From contig CBFFRQ010000205.1 of NCBI GenBank assembly GCA_965644315.1, forward strand, positions 1-16,365: 16,365 bases of DNA, given 5' to 3'. Positions 1-8,228 of this stretch are shown here, in pieces (within the stretch, counting starts at the first letter, position 1; each line of letters opens with the position of its first letter). The notes beneath the pieces are model-generated. The model did no database searches. It was not told the DNA's origin and saw nothing but the letters and a program-made list of their open reading frames with translations. The DNA is from Caecitellus pseudoparvulus (lineage: Eukaryota; Protista; Bigyra: Bicosoecida). A program made the position numbers and the translations under genes.

Positions 1-289
1 GTTGTGTGATGCAAGGGCGGGGCCGTGTCGATTGTATCGGTGTTCGCGTCGGTGCAGCGCATGTGTCCGCCAACCATCGGCCCAAACACCGCCGCCATTT
101 TCAACAGCCACCAGGCACAGCACAGGGAATGAATTGCATATCACCCGCACGGCCGCCGAGAGGTCTGCATCTCCATTTCCCTCTGCGCGGAGGAATCTTG
201 CCGCTCACCATAGGCATCGGACCTGACCGCATGTGTCGTTGTTTCTGCACCTACGGCGAAGGTTGGTCACCCGGGCACCTGGTGTGCCA

Positions 290-1672
290 CTAAGTCGATG
301 TCTGGGCGACCCGCAGCAACACCAAAGCCTTGTGCCCTTGTCGAGTGCTAGTACCGTGCCAGATGATGTCCTTGGTCGCTTGTATATCTTGGGAAGCGTG
401 CCTAAACTGCGGTGGGATAGCACGGTGTCCAGTCAGACCCAGCAGCTCTCGCACCACATCCACGTGCCTGTTTTGACAAGCAAGCCTGAAGCCAAACTCA
501 GGCTCACCCTCAGGCCCAGCATGCACATTCACTTCTCGATGCCCGGTCAAAGCCAGCAGCTCACGCACTACAGCCAAGTGCCCATACTTACAGGCAAGTC
601 GGAAGCCAGCCTCAGGCTTGCCATCAGGCCCAGCGTGCACATCCACCTCGCGATGCCCCGTGAGGGCCAGCAACTCTCGTACCACATCCAGGTGTCCATT
701 GCGACATGCCCATTGAAAGCCTTGCTCGGCCATGCCGCTGACTCCTGCATGTACGTCCACTGTCCGCTCGCCGCCCAACGCCAAAAGCTCACGCACAACA
801 GCCAAGTGCCCGTTCGCACAGGCAGCGATGAAGCCGAACTCAGGAGCGCCCTCAGGCCCTGCATGTACATCTACCTCGCGATGCCCGGTCAGCGCCAACA
901 GCTCACGCACCACGTCGATGTGCCCATGCTTACAAGCAAGCAGGAAGCCTTGCTCAGGATTGCCCTCAGGCCCAGCATGCACGTCCACCTCCCGATGCCC
1001 GGTCAGAGCCAACAGCTCACGCACCACACCAACATGGCCGTTCTCGCAAGCAACTCGAAAGCCAGCACCTTTACTGAAACTATCCCCAGCATGCACGTCC
1101 ACTTCTCGTTCACCTGTCAAAGCCAGAAGCTCACAAACCACATCTATATGTCCTCTCTGACACGCGACGCGGAAACTGCTTTCAAGATCACCATTGAATC
1201 CTGCATGCACATCCACTTCACGGTGTCCGGCTAGCGCCAGCAACTCGCGCACCACATCCACATGACCATTGTAGCAGGCAAATCGAAAGGCAGCCTCAGG
1301 ATCGTCAAGAAATCCTGCATGCACATCGACCTCGCGAGCACCGCTCAGAGCCAACAGCTCCCGCACCACATCAATGTGCCCATTCCGACAGGCAGCTCGG
1401 AAGCCATACTCAGGCCCTTCTTCATCCCCAGCATGCACATCCACTGCAAGCTCCCCCTCCAACGCCAGCAGCGCACGCACCAGCCCAACATGCCCAGTCT
1501 TGCAAGCCACCACAAAGCGAGCCGTTGTGTCAATGCTTGACAGGCCTCCCATCTCGGCACCCACACCATCACTACGCTCCTTCAGCATGCTCAGCAGCAC
1601 ATCTGCCTGCTCACCATTGCATGCGGCCTTCCATCGACCCACCAATGACTGACTGCCGCTGTCGTCCGTCAT
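290..1672 (-). CDS. Ankyrin-like repeat protein, copy 1 (460 aa; N-cap + 9 repeats + C-module)
   Basis: ORF 290..1837. Family homology begins at MTDDSGSQ (ATG at 1672, context CCACCACGCC-ATG). 38-aa repeats with ACxxGHxDVVRELL match the ankyrin helix-turn-helix. Confidence 0.85.
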   Translation of the reverse strand: MTDDSGSQSLVGRWKAACNGEQADVLLSMLKERSDGVGAEMGGLSSIDTTARFVVACKTGHVGLVRALLALEGELAVDVHAGDEEGPEYGFRAACRNGHIDVVRELLALSGAREVDVHAGFLDDPEAAFRFACYNGHVDVVRELLALAGHREVDVHAGFNGDLESSFRVACQRGHIDVVCELLALTGEREVDVHAGDSFSKGAGFRVACENGHVGVVRELLALTGHREVDVHAGPEGNPEQGFLLACKHGHIDVVRELLALTGHREVDVHAGPEGAPEFGFIAACANGHLAVVRELLALGGERTVDVHAGVSGMAEQGFQWACRNGHLDVVRELLALTGHREVDVHAGPDGKPEAGFRLACKYGHLAVVRELLALTGHREVNVHAGPEGEPEFGFRLACQNRHVDVVRELLGLTGHRAIPPQFRHASQDIQATKDIIWHGTSTRQGHKALVLLRVAQTST

Positions 1673-2231
1673 GGCGTGGTGGGAGGTTGCAGTTCCGCAA
1701 GTGCTTTCGCCAACCAACTCGCCTGCACAGCAGCACAGGCAGCACAACACAGAATCACAAGAGTAGCCAATATCCGATGTACAACGCAGATTGAAGGCTT
1801 GGGTCTTAATTTTGACGCAGTCGTCACAATGCCGCACCTACCTGGGCTGCATTGCTGCCTGACCCACGCCCATCCAAGCAAACGGGCGAAAAGCAAAGCG
1901 CGCCCAAGGCGAGCTGGGACGACCTCGCCCTGACGCCTCGCCCCATTGGCACGTCCACCACCCATACCAGTTCACTGCCAGACATGCGGAAATCGCTGCC
2001 TGCCTTGGAGTCCCGCACACTCCCCCGCTCCTCCCACACTTAGCTCCCAGCCGTACAAACCTCAGCTGCATTCTCCAGCTCCAGCACAAAGGTCATCCGA
2101 ATGCTGATCGTGATAGCGGCGGCTTGCACAGTGCAGCATGGTGCCCACACCTGTACTGCCCCTCAGTCAGTGCGTGGAGCCTTCCCTATTGAAGACACCA
2201 ACGCTGAACCAGTCTTTGATTTCAGATTTGC

Positions 2232-2936
2232 CTATTTCACAAAGGAGGACCGCAGCAGCAGCATGGCACTGCGGCCCTGCCGAGTGCTGGTGCCGTGCCA
2301 CACAGCATCTTTGGCCGGCTGCACAGCCACCTCGCCAGCGGCAAGTCGGGCCTGAAGAGGGACGGCTCGATGACCTGTGAGAGCCAGCAGCTCTCGAGCT
2401 ACATCATCATGCCCATTCTGGCAAGCACGCCAGAGGCCAGCCTCAGGCCTTCCCTCAGGACCCGCGTGCACGTCCACCTCGCGGTGCCCGGTCAGCGCCA
2501 GCAACTCACGCACTACATCCACGTGCCCATTCTGGCAAGCAGCTCTGAAGCCAGGTTCTGGATCACGCCTGCGCCTTGCATGCACGCTCACCTCGCGATG
2601 CCCTGTCAAAGCCAGCAACTCACGAACAACATCCACGTGTCCATTCATGCAGGCAAGCCAAAAGCCATACTCAGGCCCGAACCGGTCCCCTGCATGCACA
2701 TTTACAGCGATACCCCCCTCCAACGCCAACAGCGCACGCAGCAACTCAACGTGCCCTGTCTTGCAAGCCACCAGGAAGCCAGCCGTTGTGTCAGCGCTTG
2801 TCAAACCATCCAGATCCGCACCCACATAACCTACACTGCACCCCTCCAGCATGCTCAGCAGTACGTCTGCCTTCTGACTATCACATGCAGCCTTCCATCG
2901 CCCCACCATCGACTCCCCACTGCTGCCATCAGCCAT
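2232..2936 (-). CDS. Ankyrin-like repeat protein, copy 2 (234 aa; 3 repeats)
   Basis: ORF 2232..3152; start placed at the conserved MADG (ATG at 2936); same architecture. Confidence 0.85.
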   Translation of the reverse strand: MADGSSGESMVGRWKAACDSQKADVLLSMLEGCSVGYVGADLDGLTSADTTAGFLVACKTGHVELLRALLALEGGIAVNVHAGDRFGPEYGFWLACMNGHVDVVRELLALTGHREVSVHARRRRDPEPGFRAACQNGHVDVVRELLALTGHREVDVHAGPEGRPEAGLWRACQNGHDDVARELLALTGHRAVPLQARLAAGEVAVQPAKDAVWHGTSTRQGRSAMLLLRSSFVK

Positions 2937-2946
2937 GGCGTGGTGG
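2934..2946 (-). promoter_or_regulatory. Kozak-like initiation context CCACCACGCC-ATG (representative; present at all 10 visible starts)
   Basis: + strand CATGGCGTGGTGG at 1670, 2934, 4127, 5654, 7312, 9045, 10572, 11781, 12975 and 15090; purine at -3, and G at +4 in 9 of 10. Confidence 0.7.
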
Positions 2947-3071
2947 ATGCAGATTACGCACTTGATTCCCACGCAAACTACCTCGCCTGCACAGCGGCAA
3001 AGGAGGCTCAGCGCAGTATCTACATAGCTCCTGCACTCAAGTGTCCGTTGCGTGCTGAAGCAAGGTGTTGC

Positions 3072-3080
3072 TTTTGACAC
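3072..3080 (-). promoter_or_regulatory. Candidate cis-element GYGTCAAAA ~136 nt upstream of the ATG (representative)
   Basis: + strand TTTTGACRC at 1810, 3072, 4265, 7451, 15228 and equivalent sites; retained even in the diverged leaders of copies 1 and 5. Confidence 0.4.
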
Positions 3081-3298
3081 GCTCATGACAATGATGCCCC
3101 ATCTGCCCAGGCTACCATGCTGGCGCTCAGACCATAGCTCCCACCTCCACAAGGCTCAGGTGCAGTTCCTGCCTCTCGCACGCAGGTCATCCTCAGCCTG
3201 GCCGTGATGGTTGTCACATGTGCAGGGCAGCATACGACCCACACAAGGTCCGCTTCTGACTCTGTGCCTGGAGCCTCCACACCTGAGGCCAACAGCGG

Positions 3299-4129
3299 TT
3301 AGCCGGCCTGTGGCCACAGCCGTGTCTGCGCTGCTCGGGAAGCCCGCAGCAGCAGCATGGCCTGGCGACCCTGCCCAGTGCACGTGCCATACCAAATGGT
3401 ATCCTTGACCGCTTGCACGACTTGGGAAGCGTGCCTAAACTGCTGTGGGATAGCTCGATGCCCCTTCAGCGCCAGCAGCTCTCGCACCACAGCAACATGC
3501 CCATTCGCACAGGCAAGGCGGAAGCCAGCCTCAAGCTGTTCGTCCCACCCAGCGTGCACGTCCACTTCTCGATGCCCGCTCAGCGCCAACAGCTCACGCA
3601 CAACAGCCAAGTGTCCGTTCTCACAGGCAACCCTGAAGGCAGCCTCAGGACTACCCTTGAATGCGGCGTGGACATCCACCTCACGATGCCCACTCAAAGA
3701 CAGCAGCTCTTTGACTACATCTAAGTGCCCATAGCGACAGGCAACTCGGAAGCCAAGCTCAGGATTCCACTCATGCTCAACATGCACGTCCACCTCACGA
3801 GCACCGCCCAGTAGCAAAAGCTCACGAACCACCTCGACGTGCCCATAGCGACAGGCAAGCAAAAACCCATACTCAGCTGTCCCCCGAAATGCTACATGGA
3901 CGTCCACCTGACGATGGTCGCTAAAAATCAGCAGCCTCTGCAGCAGCCCAACATGCCCTGTCTTGCATGCGACCACAAAGCCAGCCGTTGTCTCATCGCT
4001 TGACAATCCTTCCAGACCCAGACCACCACCACAGCCCTCCAGCATGCTCAGCAGCACATCTGCCTGCTCCCCATCACATGCAGCCTTCCATCGACCCACC
4101 ACTGACTCACTCTCGCTGCCATCAGCCAT
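3299..4129 (-). CDS. Ankyrin-like repeat protein, copy 3 (276 aa; 4 repeats)
   Basis: ORF 3299..4345; conserved MADG start at 4129; near-identical to copy 9. Confidence 0.85.
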   Translation of the reverse strand: MADGSESESVVGRWKAACDGEQADVLLSMLEGCGGGLGLEGLSSDETTAGFVVACKTGHVGLLQRLLIFSDHRQVDVHVAFRGTAEYGFLLACRYGHVEVVRELLLLGGAREVDVHVEHEWNPELGFRVACRYGHLDVVKELLSLSGHREVDVHAAFKGSPEAAFRVACENGHLAVVRELLALSGHREVDVHAGWDEQLEAGFRLACANGHVAVVRELLALKGHRAIPQQFRHASQVVQAVKDTIWYGTCTGQGRQAMLLLRASRAAQTRLWPQAG

Positions 4130-5390
4130 GGCGTGGTGGGTGCAGTTTCCGCACTTGATTCCCACGCAAACTACCTCGCCGGCACAGCGGCAAAGGAGGC
4201 CCAGCGCAGTATCATCAAACCGCCTGTATTCCGCAATCCAGTACGTGCTGAAGCCAAGTGTTGCTTTTGACACGCTCATGACAATGATGCCCCATCTGCC
4301 CAGGCTACAGTGCTGGCGCCCAGGCCCCAGCTCCCACCTCCACAAGGATCAGGTGCATTCCCTGCCTCACACACGCTGGTCATCCCAAAGTTCGTCCATG
4401 ATAGGGACGGCTTGCACAGTGCGCCATGCGGCCCACACCAGCCTCGCCCCTCATTCAGAGCGTGGAGCCTTCCCTGCAGTAGACACGAATGATGCGCCAA
4501 CCTGCTACCTCGGCCGAATCTAGGCTGCCAACGACGCCCGCAGCATGAGCATTGTCTGGCGACCCTGCCGAGTGCTTGTGCCGTGCCAGAGGGCATCTCT
4601 GGCAGGCTGCACAGCCACCTCTCCAGCCTGAAGCCGCGCTTGGAGGGGGATGGCCCGATGCCCAGTGAGGCCAAGCAGCTCTCGGGCTATATCATAATGC
4701 CCATTCTGGCAGGCAAGCTGAAAGCCAGCCTCTGGTTTGCCCTCTGGCCCAGCATGCACATCCACCTCACGGTGCCCGGTCAAAGCCAGCAGCTCACGCA
4801 CCACCTCCGCATGGCCATTGTAACACGCAAATCGGAAGCCCCACTCCTGGTGAACGTGCACATCCACTTCACGGTGTCCGCTCAGCGTCAACAGCTCACG
4901 CACCACATCCACATGGCCATTTCGGCAGGCAAGCCGGAAGCCGAACTCAGGCATGCCGTTGGGCCCGACATGTACGTCCACCTCGCGATGCCCGGTCAAA
5001 GCCAGCAGCTCGCGCACAACATCAATGTGGCCACTCTGACAGGCAGACCAGAAGCCACACTCCCGATCAACGTGGACATCCACTTCACGATGCCCGGTCA
5101 GTGCCAGCAGCTCGCGCACCACAGCCACATGACCATTTGCACAGGCACGCCACAAGCCAGCCTCAGGCTTGCCGTCAGGCCCGGCATGCACGTCCACCTC
5201 ACGATGCCCCGTCAAAGCCAGCAGCTCGCGCACCACATCAATGTGTCCATTCTCACAGGCAAGTCGAAAACCAGCCTCAGGCGTGCCCATGTACGAAGCG
5301 TGCACATCAACCTCACGATGCCCGGTCAAAGCCAGCAGCTCCTGCACAACACCCAAATGCCCATTTCGACATGCAGTGCGGAAACCATAC
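4070..5390. repeat. Segmental duplicate of ~8988-10308 (offset 4918)
   Basis: ORF landmarks 4345/9263 and 4520/9438 share the offset, and the sequence is near-identical by eye; boundaries approximate. Confidence 0.85.
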
Positions 5391-5656
5391 CCAGGACTTC
5401 CGTTTCTCTTTGCATGCACATCTACAGCAAGACACCCTTCCAGTGCCAACAGCGCACGCAGCAGCCCAACATGCCCTGTCTTGCAAGCAACAACGAAGCC
5501 AGCCGTTGTGTCCTCGCTTGACAGTCCATCCACCTCCGCACCCACACCACCTCCACCACACCCCTCCAGCATGCTCAGCAGCATGCCTGCATCCTCGCCA
5601 TCACATGCAGCCTTCCATTGACCCACCACCGACTCCCCACTGCTGCCATCAGCCAT
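4520..5656 (-). CDS. Ankyrin-like repeat protein, copy 4 (378 aa; 7 repeats, two of them 34 aa)
   Basis: ORF 4520..5764; MADG start at 5656; repeats 2-7 near-identical to copy 7. Confidence 0.85.
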   Translation of the reverse strand: MADGSSGESVVGQWKAACDGEDAGMLLSMLEGCGGGGVGAEVDGLSSEDTTAGFVVACKTGHVGLLRALLALEGCLAVDVHAKRNGSPGYGFRTACRNGHLGVVQELLALTGHREVDVHASYMGTPEAGFRLACENGHIDVVRELLALTGHREVDVHAGPDGKPEAGLWRACANGHVAVVRELLALTGHREVDVHVDRECGFWSACQSGHIDVVRELLALTGHREVDVHVGPNGMPEFGFRLACRNGHVDVVRELLTLSGHREVDVHVHQEWGFRFACYNGHAEVVRELLALTGHREVDVHAGPEGKPEAGFQLACQNGHYDIARELLGLTGHRAIPLQARLQAGEVAVQPARDALWHGTSTRQGRQTMLMLRASLAA

Positions 5657-5973
5657 GGCGTGGTGGGTGCAGATTCCGCACTCCGCTATCTTCAACCAAC
5701 TCGCATCTACAACAGCACGAGCGACACTGCACAGCTTCGCTTGAGCAACTGCATTCTCATGCACGCTGTGTGCTGATGAAGTGGGCTGTTTTTTGCCACC
5801 GCCATCTCAATGCCCCATCTGCCCAGGCTGCAGTTCTGGCGCCCAGACCATAGCTCCCAACTCCACAAAGCCCAGGTGCATTCCCTGGCTCACACACGCT
5901 GGTCATCCCCAAGCCTGGCCATGGCCGTGGCAACTTGCACAGTGCACCATGAGGCCCAAACCAGCCTCGCCCC

Positions 5974-7314
5974 TCATTCAGAGCGTGCAGCCTTCCCTGA
6001 TGGAGACACCAACGCTGCGCCGGTCCGTGGCCGTGGACGCTTCCCTGCTCTCTTTGGGCTCCGCAGCAGCAACATGGCACGCCGCCCTGGTCGAGTGCTT
6101 GTGCCGTGCCAGACGGCATCTCTGGCTGCCTGCACAGCCACCTCGCCAGCCTCAAGGCGTGATTGCAGTGAGATGGCTCGATGGCCTGTAAGGCCCAGAA
6201 GTTCCCGCACCACATCCACGTGCCCATCACGACAGGCGTGTCGGAAGCCAGCCTCAGGCCCATTGAAATCCCAAGCATGCACGTCCACTTCACGGTGCCC
6301 GGTCAGCGCCAGAAGTTCGCGGACCACGTGCACGTGCCCCTCCCGGCAGGCAACCTGGAAGCTGGCTTCAGGCGTGCCAAGGCATGCAGCGTGCACATTC
6401 ACTGCACGATGCCCAGTCAGTGCCAGTAGCTCCCGCATCACGTCAAGGTGGCCATTTCCACAAGCATAACGGAAGCCAGTCTCAGACTCGCCCTCAAGCC
6501 CAACATGTACGTCAACCTCACGACGCCCAGTCAAAGCCAGCAGCTCACGCACCACGCCAATGTGCCCATTCTGGCAGGCATCTCGGAAGCCAGACTCAGC
6601 CCCAAACAGGTCCCCAGCATGCACATCCACCTCACGATGCCCCGTCAAAGCTAGCAGCTCACGCACAACATCAATGTGGCCATCACGACAGGCAAGTCGG
6701 AAGCCAGCCTCAGGCCCATCATCATCTCCAGCATGCACATCCACCTCACGATGCCCGGTCAAAGCTAGCAGCTCACGCACCACAGCCACATGACCATCAC
6801 GACAGGCACGTCGGAAGCCAGCCTCATGCCCACGCCAATCTTCTGCATGCACGTCCACCTCACGAGGCCCTGTCAGTGCCAGCAGCTCACGCACCACGTC
6901 AATGTGCCCGTTCTCGCAGGCTTCACGGAAGCCAGTCTCAGGCCAGCCATCAAGTTCTGCATGAACGTCCACCTCGCGATGCCCGCTCAATCCCAGCAGC
7001 TCCCGCACTACATCCACATGCCCGTTCTGGCAGGCAAGCCGAAAGCCATACTCAGATCCACTTTCATCTTCCGCATGTACGTTCACAGCAAGACCCCCGT
7101 CCAACGCTAGCAGCCCACGCAGTAATCCAACATGCCCCAGCCGGCAGGCAACCACAAACCCAGCTCTTGTATCGCCACCTGACAACCCTCCTAGCACCGT
7201 ACCAATATCAATGCCACGCTCCTGCAGTATATTCAGCAGTACATCTACCTGCTCACCATCGCATGCAGCCCTCCATCGCCCCGCCACGGAGTCTTTAGTG
7301 GTTGCACTAGCCAT
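5974..7314 (-). CDS. Ankyrin-like repeat protein, copy 5 (446 aa; 8 repeats; basic C-tail)
   Basis: ORF 5974..7401; start MASATT at 7314 in the same CCACCACGCC-ATG context. Confidence 0.85.
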   Translation of the reverse strand: MASATTKDSVAGRWRAACDGEQVDVLLNILQERGIDIGTVLGGLSGGDTRAGFVVACRLGHVGLLRGLLALDGGLAVNVHAEDESGSEYGFRLACQNGHVDVVRELLGLSGHREVDVHAELDGWPETGFREACENGHIDVVRELLALTGPREVDVHAEDWRGHEAGFRRACRDGHVAVVRELLALTGHREVDVHAGDDDGPEAGFRLACRDGHIDVVRELLALTGHREVDVHAGDLFGAESGFRDACQNGHIGVVRELLALTGRREVDVHVGLEGESETGFRYACGNGHLDVMRELLALTGHRAVNVHAACLGTPEASFQVACREGHVHVVRELLALTGHREVDVHAWDFNGPEAGFRHACRDGHVDVVRELLGLTGHRAISLQSRLEAGEVAVQAARDAVWHGTSTRPGRRAMLLLRSPKRAGKRPRPRTGAALVSPSGKAARSE

Positions 7315-8228
7315 GGCGTGGTGGGGGTAACAGTTCCGCAATTGCTGCCGCCAGCTCACTCGCCTGCAAACCGGCACAGGCGGCACGGCACAGTACCTCA
7401 AAAGTTGCTGGTGTCCAATGTCCCATGAGCGCTGATGAAATGGGAGTTAGTTTTGACGCAGCTATGTATATGTTGCACCCCCCTGACCTGCACTGCTGCC
7501 TGGCTCGCTCACGCCCATCCATGCTAACGGACTCAAGCACAGCGCTTGTATGGCGTGCTGGGTCGGCCTCGCGTGTCCCCCCTACCTCACCGGGACCCCC
7601 AACAACCACACAAATGCACCTTCGACCACGATAGCGTCGCCGCCCGTCTAGAAGACCTGCATGCTCCCCGCTTCGCGAGCAACTGCACACCATGGCAGGC
7701 TCCGAGCCGAGGGTGTGGCGGTGCACGGGCTCCCCACCCTCGCCACCAGTTCAGACCGCTCCAAGCATCCCTCCTATCCCTTATTACAGGGTCCCCACTT
7801 GCCCCAACATGTCCACCACGCGCAATGCTCACAGTAATCAGGGCCGCCACAAGATCTGCCTCCGCGTCCGCCGCCACACCGCCGCCACCAAGCAGGCACT
7901 CCTGACTATCCTCCGCCCGCTGCAGGTTGGGTGACCTGTGGAAGATGACGAGGTCAACCAGATCCGCCACCACCCCCAGCCGCCTCGCCACGGACCTGGC
8001 ACGCTGTCGGTGCAAAAGTCCAAGTTTCAAGGGCTGGCGCTCAAGTGCCACCTCCAAACCATGCACGCCTCAGCTGCACTAACACATTGGTCATACGCAA
8101 GATAACCGTGGTGGTAAAAACCAGCACGGTGCAGCATGAAGTACAAGCCTGCTCCGCCCCTCACTCAGAGCGTGGAGCCTTCCCTGCAACAGACACCAAC
8201 GCTGAGCCGGCCTGTGGCAAAAAAGCGC

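Larger units (their letters stand above)
2930..4345. repeat. Segmental duplicate of ~11777-13193 (offset 8847-8848)
   Basis: Landmarks 3299/12147, 4345/13193 and 3152/11999; copies 3 and 9 near-identical; boundaries approximate. Confidence 0.85.

Noticed and set aside
1718-1740. Minus-strand TGCAG splice acceptor ~50 nt upstream of the ATG
   Set aside because: The AG is absent (TGCCGG) in copies 3, 6, 7 and 9, so it is not a conserved acceptor.
2937-3152. Cys-rich 29-72 aa N-terminal extensions given by the ORF track
   Set aside because: Length and frame are not conserved: the homologous DNA is read in a different frame in copy 1 and is unrelated in protein terms in copies 4 and 5. Protein conservation starts abruptly at the Kozak-context ATG. 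Treated as 5' leader, though not formally excluded.
5720-5726. GCTCAAG resembling the end of the dinoflagellate spliced leader
   Set aside because: Only a 7-nt match, seen upstream of one copy; expected by chance.
7587-8066. 159-aa minus-strand ORF in the unique spacer
   Set aside because: Low-complexity Ala/Gly/Arg composition and no recognisable domain; not supportable as a CDS.
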